Of a DNA stretch of 64,000 nt, positions 56,801-64,000 are shown one piece after another. Both the position numbers and the translations under genes were made by a program. The notes beneath the pieces were generated by a model, which saw only the letters and a program-made list of their open reading frames with translations, was not told where the DNA came from and did not search any database. The first letter of the stretch is position 1. Every line of letters starts with the position of its first letter. The stretch lies in contig JBEEGQ010000183.1 of assembly GCA_041166945.1 (NCBI GenBank), positions 742-64,741 of the forward strand. Reading direction: 5' to 3'. Source of the stretch: Verrucomicrobiota bacterium (GTDB taxonomy: Bacteria; Verrucomicrobiota; Verrucomicrobiia; Limisphaerales; JADJPG01).

Positions 56801-57749
56801 AATGGCCGTTCCCATCGTTGCGGAGCAGCAAGTCCGGCTCCCCGTTTTCGTCGTATGCCAGCACGGCTGTTTCATCCCGCATTGTGATTCGAAACGAAAA
56901 ACGGTTCGTGAGGTCGGGCGCCGTCAGCGGCCGGCCATCCACGCTGACCACCCGTGGAACAGTTTCCAGGGTGGAGATCCTGAAGCGCGTGTTGGGTTGA
57001 TCCCGAATGGTAACCGTCCGGTAATTGGCGATATAAATATCCAAATCGCCATCCCCATCAATGTCGGCCAGCGCCATCGATGTTCCCCCCCGCCGGGAAT
57101 TCAACGGCGGCAAACGCTCCGAAAAATGCGCCTTGCCGTCGTTCAGAAATATGTGAGTGCCGCCTCCCAGCGTATTCACGACGAGGTCCAAATCGCCGTC
57201 CCCGTCCAGATCCGCAAACGCCGCACCTGAGGCGTCCAGTTTCGCGCAGGCCACACCCGCTTCAGCGGTGATGTCCTGGAAACGCCAGTGGCCGAGATTT
57301 CTATAAAGCACATTGGCATTGTCCAATCCGCAGAAATAGAGATCACAGAGACCGTCGCCATCGACATCTCCGGCCGTCACACCTGAACCGTTCAACAGGA
57401 TCTGATTGGTCAGTTGTCTCTCGAGGGAGAGCTGGTTGGTGAATCGGATGCCGCTTTGAGAAGCGGGCATCGATTCAAAGCCGGGATGCCCCGACGCCGG
57501 GATGTTCAACGCCACGGATCGGACCGGGAGTTGTTGACCGGTGTCAACAGGAGCAACTGTCTCTGCGCCCATCGCAGCCATCCAGCAGAAAGCCGTGAGG
57601 ACGCCAATGGGGATCAGGGATAAATGGAACCCCTGGATCCAGGTGAAGAGCGGACGTTTAGGAGCGAATGGCTCGCGCCTCGACAAGATTGGGTAACGGC
57701 GGGGCACAGCACGGAAGAACGAGTGTGAAGGCTGAGGTTGATTCTGCAT
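53817..57749 (-). CDS. CRTAC1-family protein: two tandem FG-GAP/VCBS repeat plus ASPIC/UnbV units
   Basis: 1310 aa with a signal anchor. Many D.DGDG..D repeats. Two ASPIC motifs: NTRGIGAKIRVLGGPVLQSQEMICGGRYLSSDD and NPDGIGSVLRAATAGRLGPARELHAGSGYWSQD. Confidence 0.82.
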   Translation of the reverse strand: MQNQPQPSHSFFRAVPRRYPILSRREPFAPKRPLFTWIQGFHLSLIPIGVLTAFCWMAAMGAETVAPVDTGQQLPVRSVALNIPASGHPGFESMPASQSGIRFTNQLSLERQLTNQILLNGSGVTAGDVDGDGLCDLYFCGLDNANVLYRNLGHWRFQDITAEAGVACAKLDASGAAFADLDGDGDLDLVVNTLGGGTHIFLNDGKAHFSERLPPLNSRRGGTSMALADIDGDGDLDIYIANYRTVTIRDQPNTRFRISTLETVPRVVSVDGRPLTAPDLTNRFSFRITMRDETAVLAYDENGEPDLLLRNDGNGHFTPLSWTDGTFLDDKGEALTGPSLDWGLSVMFRDVNGDGTPDIYVCNDFKSPDRLWLNNGRGRFRAAPALALRQTSQSSMGIDFADINRDGWDDFLVVDMLSREHLHRLTQRVDIESELLLPGAIQNRPQYPHNTLFLNRGDGTWAQIARLAGLDSSEWSWTPIFLDVDLDGFEDLLVSNGFERDGMNADVLQQIEASKRKQKLSALEQLHLRKALPRLDTANLAFRNRGDLTFEEISERWGFHDRAVSQGMALADLDNDGDLDVIVNNLNGAAVLYRNESNAPRIAIRLKGIPPNTRGIGAKIRVLGGPVLQSQEMICGGRYLSSDDAMRVFAAGSITNELTVQVGWRSGQRSVLTGLHANRLYEIEEQRPSPKVVTPMPSVTAQNAGGPSKPLFTDASRLLQHSHQENVSDDFGVQPTLPHRFSQLGPGVAWFDVDGDGWDDLIVGTGKGGVLALFHNDAQGGFARVIGPPLDTPSPGNQSTVLGWHAKGGPTMVLAGSSIDEIGLRGSNSIRQFDLAAGTVFDAIRDLPSKPGPLALADLNGDGQLDLFVGGRVNARRFPENASSAMFRGTEAGFEEDMENTKTLAGVGLVSGAVFSDLDGDGMSELILACEWGPLKIFRNVRGKLVPWNAPVRIQSSSTNSAPMFHGSDEVRTLNDLRGLWNGVTTGDFDGDGRLDIVACNAGRNTKYERFRARPLHLFYGELVSGAGVLAIEGFEDPATRRLWPVQPFHLMNVVMPSLRDTVGTFDNYARRTLPEIYGEGWKELKELRAVCLETTLFLNRGDHFLAVALPNEAQFTMAFAVCAQDFDGDGREDIFLSQNLFAVPSDVSRLDAGRGLLLRGDGNGGFAALRGQDSGVLIYGEQRGAAACDYDGDGRVDLVVTQNNAETRLLHNTGGAHGLRVRLHGPAGNPDGIGSVLRAATAGRLGPARELHAGSGYWSQDAAVQVLGSPVPPDTLKVCWPGGKSTSSAIPAGAREVTIDVSGSVVHVR

Positions 57750-57844
57750 GCTGTTCTGCAGGTGCCTGGCAACAACCCGCCACCCTGTATCATGGACCGC
57801 CAGGCAGCGCCCATTTGTAATCCGTCCCTTGAGGAGGGATCAGC

Positions 57845-57876
57845 AAAAAAAAGAGACCGGGATTACTCCCGGTCTC
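57845..57876 (-). terminator. Rho-independent terminator of the giant adhesin gene
   Basis: Perfect 10-bp stem, GAGACCGGGA (57853-57862) pairing with TCCCGGTCTC (57867-57876), with a 4-nt loop. On the minus strand a run of 8 U (57845-57852) follows. It lies ~50 nt after the stop at 57927. Confidence 0.8.
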
Positions 57877-57926
57877 CTGTGAATTAATTCTGACTGATGG
57901 GGAAGGGATGCTTCCGCACCATGCCG

Positions 57927-60900
57927 TCAGTGATTATGGCCGTGCATGACGGCTTCCATGTCCTGCGAGCAATGAATTGCGTCGATGAACGCATGCGCTT
58001 CGGCTGTGAAACGAGCGGCTTCGACGGGGTTATCGCGGCTGACCTGGGCGCGGACCTTATTGATGAAGGCTTCGAGCTGATTGACGCCGGACCCGAAACT
58101 GCCGCGCTCGAAGGAGGCACAAGCCGCCTTGAGAGAGGCCAGGAACGGCCGTTTATTCTTCCGCGTCAACGACGAGGTGTTTTTGTCATCGATCAGTGCC
58201 TCAATCGCTTCGCAGCCGCTGATGATTTCGATCGTCACCTGCGCGGTGCCGTCGCATTGACCGTCGCGAGCGGCGAGCGTGATGTGGTGCATCCCGACTT
58301 CGAAGCAGTTCGTGGTCAACGCGGCCGTCGAGAAGGGAACAGGGGCGCCGTCCAGGAACCAGGCGTAAGTCAGCGGGTCGCATTCAATGTCGCTCGAATT
58401 CCTGGCGTCCAGGATGATGCAGGCGTTTGAATTATTTCCCGATACGATGAGGAGCCCGTTCATTCCGGGCAACGCACAGAGAGGCGTGGCTTGGATTACG
58501 GCCGTCGGGCAATCATTCACTTCGATCACGCGGATGGTCACTGTGGCGGGCTGTGACACGCATTCCCCGTCGCTGACCCTGTAAGTGAAGCTGTCGGCGC
58601 CGTTATTGTGTCCGCAGCCGCTGGGATAACCGGGTGTCGGTTTATAGACGAGGTTCGGAGGCGTCCCAGTCAACGTGCCGTGAGTCGGTCCAGTGACGAT
58701 GGTGTATGTCAGCGTCCCCAGGCCGCAGCTGCCGGCCGAGTCGGCATCGAACGCGCCCAACACAATGGCAATCGAACTGTCCTCATTGACATTGACGGTT
58801 TGCGCGAATGCAACCGGGCAGTCATCGACCGGGCGGATCGTGATTGTGAACTGGCACGAGGCGCTTGTATCGGTGCCGTTGCAGGCGGTGCCGCCATTAT
58901 CCATGGCGACGACCGTGACGGTCGCGCTGCCGCAAGCATCCGCCGCCGAGCGGTAGGTGAGAGTGCCATCGGGCGCAACTGCCGGCTGCTGAGCGAACAG
59001 TGCCGGGTTGTTGTTGCTGACATTGAAGTGAACCGCCTGGCCGGCTTCGACAACGGAATCATCGACGGCCTGGGCAGAGATGTTGATGTCGTCAATGTAA
59101 TTGTTCTCGTTCAAGCCACCGGTCCGGCCACCAATTCCGAAACGGGCTCCGGAGATGGGAACGTATCCGGTTGCCAGGTTCTGATAGACGGGTACTCCGT
59201 TCGCGGTCAAATCCAGCGTGCCGTCGGCATGCAGAACGATTGAGACAGGAACGAATTGGCCGCCGGTTTCCACGCTGGGAACCGGGGTGTGAGCGATGGT
59301 CGTTCCGCCGTACTTGACATCAATCGCAGGGGCTTCGGCGCCGCCATTGTCGTAGCTGTCGAACGATACCGTCAGGCCGGTGCCTTCTCCCTCTTCACCG
59401 AACGATGCGTTGGGAATGTTATTGGCGATCGAGACGGAGAGGCCGTCAGCAGGAGGAGTGGTTCCCTGACCGAGCAGCACTTTCATGGTCATGGTGAAGG
59501 TGCCGAGGGGGGCGCCGTTGAGCAGATCGTTGATGATGATGCTGCCCTGTTGGCTGTTCACCGCATCCGTAAGGTGCAGGTAGCCGCCGTCCACATGAGC
59601 GTTGCCGTAAATGGCTGACCCCGCAGGCACTCCCGATGCGAAATCGGTGGAGAAAGCGCCCGTCGCCCCGTTGATGCTGTCCGGAACGATGCCCGTTGCC
59701 CAGTTGGGCACGGTGTGCGCTCCGGAATCCTCATCTGCTTGCTGGTTGGACCCGCAGGCGAAACTCGGAGCGGTGTTGCGATGAGTGACTGTCAGGCAGG
59801 CAGGCGGGCTCGTCGTGGTCTTGCCAGGGATATAGAGCGTGACTCTGAAGCACGCGCCGTTGTCCGAGAGTTTCGGAACAATCGTGTAGGTGGGACTATT
59901 CGCACCAGGGATGTCTCTGAACCCGGTGCCATCGTCACGTTGCCATTGATAGAAGATGGTCTGGTTGGGATTTCCCTGGATAGACGCCGTTGCGCTCGAG
60001 ACGAATGTCACCTGCGTGGCATCCGCGATACCTTGGGCAAGGGCGAAACTATCGATTTCCCACCCAGGAGCCTGGCCTTTCGTATTGGTATCCGAGGCAG
60101 CCATAAACTGGATCGAAATGGTATCGCCCGAATTGAATGCCCCGAGGTTGGCAATGGTGGTCAGATAGGGTGAAGGATCATTATAGTTTGCGGACTGCGA
60201 AATGTACCCGGGCTGTCCATGCAACTCCGATGAGCTTCCCGTGTAGATGGTGCCGTTGTAACCATTGAGCGGGAATGACGTTGCGGGGATTGCAATATAG
60301 GGTCCTCCGTTCACGCTAATGCGCACCTGTCCACCGTCCCAAGCCGTGCCGTCGAATTCGAAGGCCCAACGGTGTTTGAAGCTGAGTTGAACCGAGCCGG
60401 CCTGGGTGATGTGATACGCCGGGCTGGTCAAATAGGATGTGTTGGGATGGCTGTCCTCCGGGTCCTGGCCTTCCGCGTGCCAGGCTCCGCGCGCTGAGTC
60501 ATACACCCACGGACCATTGAAGGCGATGGGCGTTTGGACCGTAAAGCCTCCGTTGCCGCTGTTGAAGTCTTCGCTGGCGAGATTCGCCGGGGCCGGGGTG
60601 GGCGGGCCTGCGCTGATCTGGCAGAACTGTTGGCTCACGGGCAGCTGGGTCACGTTAATGACGGCACCTTGCGGATCCGCGAAGAGCCCGAGGTTCCCCG
60701 AACTAATCGGAGCGAGGGAATTCGGATCGGTCGGATCGGTGTCGAGTTTAACAGCAACCTGCGCGTAATCACCGCCGCCGCCTTCCTTGTAAAGCGCCAT
60801 GATGTAATACTTCTGGCCCGCCGTGAGTGCTTGAGGCGCCGTGGCATGGCCTGCGAACGCGCCGCAGCATCCGGTTTCCTCCTGGATCTTGATCGCGCCG

Positions 60901-63900
60901 CCGGCATCTGCGCCGTTCGGGTTGAACCAGAGTTCCGAAGCGTCATCGCTGCGGATGTAGAAGATGTAATTGCCGCTGACCTTCGGCACGAACTCGCCAC
61001 TGATGCGGCCGCCGTACTGTTCATGGCTGTCGTTGGGATAGGCGTTGCGGGTATCGAACGTCGGAATGTAGAAACGCTCGCGCGGGTTGTTCGGGTAGTT
61101 GGGACTGCTGGTCAGAAGCGAAACAGCGGTTCCAGCGGCAGGCGTGTCATAGGTTTCGAACAGCACGAAGCCACAACTGAAGATGAAAGAGTGGCAGTTC
61201 ACGTGAGTGTCCGCGGCGATCGAATTGGGCGGGCTCGCGATGTCCGTCACATTATTGATCGTGACGGTATAATTGACGTTCTCCGCCTGCCGGGCCGTAA
61301 CAATCGTCAGATGCATGCCGTCTGCCGAGAGGTTTAGGCTGTTAATGGTTAATGGATTGCCACTGCTATCCGTGATTTGATAATTGAACGTATCCGTGGC
61401 ACTTCCAGGCTCCACAGGTTCATCAAACACAAGGGTAAACATGTCCATCGTGCCGCTACCGGAGCAACCGGTGACAGTCGGGGGTTGGTGATCTTCGATC
61501 ACGGTCAGCGTCGCGACCGCGCTGTAGCCGGAATTTCCAGGGACACAAAACAAGGCGCGATATTTGTCGCCATTGTCGTTGGCAATGCTCAGGAAGCTCT
61601 TGCTGTAGGTGCCGGAATTCGCGCCGGGAATGTTCACCCAGGTCGCACCCATGTCATCGCTGCGCTGCCATTGGATGGACGGCTGGGTAATCGCTCCAGA
61701 GGCGGTCGCCGCAGCTGTGAATGTCACGGTTTGGTTTTCAGACTTGGTCTGGGAAACCGGCTGTGTGGTGAATGTAAACGTGGCAGTGCCAGGAGCGGTG
61801 TAAAGACCGAGGCTGCCTGAACCAATCGGCGATAAGGCGTCAGGCGCCGTGGGATCGGTGTCCAGTTTGGCTGCCACCTGGATGTAGTCGCCGCCGCCGC
61901 CTTCTTTATAGAGGCCCTCGATGTAGTAAGCCTGGCCCGCTGTGAGCGACTGGGGCGCAGAAGCATGGCCAGAGAACGCACCGCAGCAGCCGGTTTCTTC
62001 CGTCAGCAACACCTTGCCACCGGCGCTCTTGCCAGTCGGATTCAGGAAGAGCTGGGACGCGTCGTCGCTTTTCAGATAGAAGATATAATTTCCGGAAACA
62101 GGCGGAAGGAACACGCCGCTGATGCGACCGCCGTACTGCTCATGGCTGTCATTGGGATAAGCTTGCCGGCTGTCAAACGAACGGATGTAGGCGACATCAC
62201 GAGGATGATCGGGGTAGTTCGGATGGCTCGTGAGCAACGAAACAGAATTGCCCGGAGTCGAACTGGTGTCGTAAGCCTGGAACAGCACGAATCCGCAGCT
62301 CAGGACATACGAACGGAATTGCACAGTGCTGTTGTCCGCAATGGGATTGGCAGGATCGGCGTTATCGTTGACCCCGCTGACGGTCACCGTGTAGATGGTG
62401 TTCTCGGCCATGGGTGTCATGGGATCCAGCGACAGAATGACGCTCATGCCATCCGCACCCAAAGTCGCACCGAGAACAGTGACCCCACCGTCCACGGCAT
62501 AATTGAAGATATCGACGGCGCTGCCCGGTTCGACTGGTTCATCGAAACGAACTGTGATCTTGTCGAAGGTGGCGTTGCCTTCAGCGGATACCAAATGTGG
62601 CGGGGTGGTATCATCGAACACGGTAATCGTGTTCATGCGGCTCGTTGCGGACCCAATGCTGTTTTGCACCACCACGTTGTAGTGGTCACCGTTATTGGCC
62701 GGGAAACGGAGGGTGGCGGTCTGGTAGGTGGCACCGGTGGCACCCGCGATGGCGACGCCGTTGCTAAACCATTGATAAGTGAGAATCGGAGAACCGGACA
62801 CGCCGACCGTCAGCAACGCGCGGCGACCTTCACCCAACGTTTGATCCACAGGATCCGTCACGGCAATCACCGGAGCGGTTTCAAAAGGCGAAATGTATAA
62901 GGCGCCAATCGGAAGACTGCCGTCCGCGGGCACGCCCGGCACAGGTCCGCCGGCGGGAGTCTGCCAGGCTACTGAGAAATAATCGCCGCCGCCGCCTTCG
63001 TTATGGATGACTTCGAGGTAATAACGGCATCCCGCGACAAGATTCACCGGGGCGGAAATGTTGCAATCGGTGCCGGGGCAAACACGGCCACCGCCGCCGC
63101 CACCCCCGCCGTTGTAAGTCCGGAAGGTCGACCAATTCGGCTCGCGAGCGATTTGAACCTTATGGCTGGGATTCTCGTCGGTGCTCAGGAACAGGGCCGA
63201 GCTGTCGTCGGAAGCAATGTAAAACCTATAGTTGCCGGTCACAGGCGGGCTCAACAACGCCAATGTCTGGCCAACATAGTTATCACCATGGTTGCCGCCG
63301 CCTTCAGGGTTTTCGATGAGAGGCGGATGCGAGATGACATCCGGATTATTCGGAAAACCGGCGCCATTGTTGTTGAAGCGGCTGTGACGCGAAGTGCCTT
63401 CGGCATAGATAACGGGAGTCGATGAATTGGGAAGGATGACGTTCTGGCTGGGTGAGCGATCTCGAATGTTGCTCACCGAGACAGTCTTGCATCCTACTTT
63501 CGACAATGCCGGGGTCACCGCCAATACCACGGTGACGTTGTCACCTTGTAGGGCGCCGCCAAGAATCGTGAAGCCAGGCAGTGAATAATTTGCGGGATTC
63601 TGCGCGTCAGCCTGGTTGACGGGTTCGCTAAAACGAACGCCGAAGTGCGTGGCGTCGGTGCCCCATGCTGTACCGCCTGCCGCACCGACCAAAGTCGGCT
63701 TGGTCGTGTCCGTGTTCACCGTGAGCACCGCAGCCTGGCTGTCCACTGTCTGAGGAACCCCGTTGGCAACGCGAACGAAGAATTGCGCGCCGTTGGCAGA
63801 TGGCGACACATTGTTCAACGTCAAAGAGGGCCCAGTAGCTCCGGCGATCGCAACATTGTTGCTGAACCATTGGAAGGTGTAGGGGCGAATGCCCTGCGCG

Positions 63901-64000
63901 CCCACCGAGAAGGTCACGCTCTGAAGCTCTTGAATCGTCCGGCTCTGCGGCTGCTGAACCAACGTCAACGGCTCCGTTGCCGATGTCGTTCCAGGTCCCG
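57927..64000 (-). CDS. Giant secreted adhesin-like protein (Ig-like, Big/SbsA-like, 3x PA14, LamG-like, cadherin-like domains), 5'-truncated by the window
   Basis: The frame stays open to the window end (the track's 'M' at 63968 is a TTG). Motifs: YTFQWFSNNVAIAGATG (Ig). Three PA14-like modules carry SGNY(I/R)FY(I/L)...DDAS.L(F/W)...YKEGGGGDY. A ConA/LamG-like region and a cadherin-like region (VNVNEDSSIAIVLGAFDAD) follow. Confidence 0.85.
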   Translation of the reverse strand, partial: GPGTTSATEPLTLVQQPQSRTIQELQSVTFSVGAQGIRPYTFQWFSNNVAIAGATGPSLTLNNVSPSANGAQFFVRVANGVPQTVDSQAAVLTVNTDTTKPTLVGAAGGTAWGTDATHFGVRFSEPVNQADAQNPANYSLPGFTILGGALQGDNVTVVLAVTPALSKVGCKTVSVSNIRDRSPSQNVILPNSSTPVIYAEGTSRHSRFNNNGAGFPNNPDVISHPPLIENPEGGGNHGDNYVGQTLALLSPPVTGNYRFYIASDDSSALFLSTDENPSHKVQIAREPNWSTFRTYNGGGGGGGGRVCPGTDCNISAPVNLVAGCRYYLEVIHNEGGGGDYFSVAWQTPAGGPVPGVPADGSLPIGALYISPFETAPVIAVTDPVDQTLGEGRRALLTVGVSGSPILTYQWFSNGVAIAGATGATYQTATLRFPANNGDHYNVVVQNSIGSATSRMNTITVFDDTTPPHLVSAEGNATFDKITVRFDEPVEPGSAVDIFNYAVDGGVTVLGATLGADGMSVILSLDPMTPMAENTIYTVTVSGVNDNADPANPIADNSTVQFRSYVLSCGFVLFQAYDTSSTPGNSVSLLTSHPNYPDHPRDVAYIRSFDSRQAYPNDSHEQYGGRISGVFLPPVSGNYIFYLKSDDASQLFLNPTGKSAGGKVLLTEETGCCGAFSGHASAPQSLTAGQAYYIEGLYKEGGGGDYIQVAAKLDTDPTAPDALSPIGSGSLGLYTAPGTATFTFTTQPVSQTKSENQTVTFTAAATASGAITQPSIQWQRSDDMGATWVNIPGANSGTYSKSFLSIANDNGDKYRALFCVPGNSGYSAVATLTVIEDHQPPTVTGCSGSGTMDMFTLVFDEPVEPGSATDTFNYQITDSSGNPLTINSLNLSADGMHLTIVTARQAENVNYTVTINNVTDIASPPNSIAADTHVNCHSFIFSCGFVLFETYDTPAAGTAVSLLTSSPNYPNNPRERFYIPTFDTRNAYPNDSHEQYGGRISGEFVPKVSGNYIFYIRSDDASELWFNPNGADAGGAIKIQEETGCCGAFAGHATAPQALTAGQKYYIMALYKEGGGGDYAQVAVKLDTDPTDPNSLAPISSGNLGLFADPQGAVINVTQLPVSQQFCQISAGPPTPAPANLASEDFNSGNGGFTVQTPIAFNGPWVYDSARGAWHAEGQDPEDSHPNTSYLTSPAYHITQAGSVQLSFKHRWAFEFDGTAWDGGQVRISVNGGPYIAIPATSFPLNGYNGTIYTGSSSELHGQPGYISQSANYNDPSPYLTTIANLGAFNSGDTISIQFMAASDTNTKGQAPGWEIDSFALAQGIADATQVTFVSSATASIQGNPNQTIFYQWQRDDGTGFRDIPGANSPTYTIVPKLSDNGACFRVTLYIPGKTTTSPPACLTVTHRNTAPSFACGSNQQADEDSGAHTVPNWATGIVPDSINGATGAFSTDFASGVPAGSAIYGNAHVDGGYLHLTDAVNSQQGSIIINDLLNGAPLGTFTMTMKVLLGQGTTPPADGLSVSIANNIPNASFGEEGEGTGLTVSFDSYDNGGAEAPAIDVKYGGTTIAHTPVPSVETGGQFVPVSIVLHADGTLDLTANGVPVYQNLATGYVPISGARFGIGGRTGGLNENNYIDDINISAQAVDDSVVEAGQAVHFNVSNNNPALFAQQPAVAPDGTLTYRSAADACGSATVTVVAMDNGGTACNGTDTSASCQFTITIRPVDDCPVAFAQTVNVNEDSSIAIVLGAFDADSAGSCGLGTLTYTIVTGPTHGTLTGTPPNLVYKPTPGYPSGCGHNNGADSFTYRVSDGECVSQPATVTIRVIEVNDCPTAVIQATPLCALPGMNGLLIVSGNNSNACIILDARNSSDIECDPLTYAWFLDGAPVPFSTAALTTNCFEVGMHHITLAARDGQCDGTAQVTIEIISGCEAIEALIDDKNTSSLTRKNKRPFLASLKAACASFERGSFGSGVNQLEAFINKVRAQVSRDNPVEAARFTAEAHAFIDAIHCSQDMEAVMHGHNH
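60650..63100. repeat. Internal ~1.1-kb module repeats within the adhesin gene (three Ig-Big-PA14 units)
   Basis: The landmark G(T/A)A(G/A)TC(G/A)CCGCCGCCGCCTTC recurs at ~62978, ~61884 and ~60765. Flanks of modules 2 and 3 align by eye at the DNA level (for example 61884-61990 against 60765-60871). The boundaries are approximate. Confidence 0.6.

Noticed and set aside
1-64000. tRNA, rRNA or tmRNA genes in intergenic regions over 80 bp (for example 4779-4949, 21982-22069, 23866-24036, 29793-29975, 34006-34208, 39518-39615, 44005-44104, 46070-46234, 49922-50031, 57750-57926).
   Set aside because: By eye I saw no T-arm (GGTTCGAATCC-like) box, cloverleaf-compatible pairing or rRNA-like conserved block. 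A tRNAscan/Infernal run is needed for certainty.

Overview
GC-rich bacterial chromosomal segment. The gene content is typical of the PVC superphylum and fits Verrucomicrobiota best. That call rests on family content only: DUF1501, DUF1549/DUF1553, a prepilin-like 'H-X9-DG' protein, FG-GAP/ASPIC (CRTAC1-like) proteins, giant Ig/PA14 adhesins, and Tat-signal Gfo/Idh/MocA oxidoreductases with TIM-barrel isomerases. These are interleaved with housekeeping genes: panC, nadB, thiS, galE, proB, mazG, rnc, lhr, an ABC-F ATPase, mqnC and a ygfZ-like gene. I support about 45 CDS. By eye I found no rRNA, tRNA or CRISPR array. Coding density is high, and many long antisense 'shadow' ORFs in the supplied track are artefacts of the GC-rich composition. 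Points most worth a second look: (1) An orphan, N-terminally truncated GspE/PilB-type ATPase is bracketed by two near-identical 79-bp perfect palindromes exactly 1500 bp apart. A 108-bp duplication of the neighbouring gene's 3' end flanks the second palindrome. (2) The same layout, gene 3' end plus palindrome duplicated in tandem, occurs at 5.8-6.1 kb with an unrelated REPIN-like palindrome. A third nested REP/REPIN-like element lies in the leader of the secretin operon. (3) A compact ATPase / PilMN-like / PilO-like / secretin operon has no platform protein or pilin and runs straight into a 1153-aa beta-helix/Ig-repeat exoprotein. (4) Two paralogous PHM/DBH-type copper monooxygenase-like proteins each carry an N-terminal CxxCH haem-c motif. 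(5) A secreted bacterial homologue of the plant DA1 LIM-peptidase is present. (6) A CRTAC1-family gene is split by a single in-frame TGA. All functional calls come from motif recognition by eye. No database search was run.
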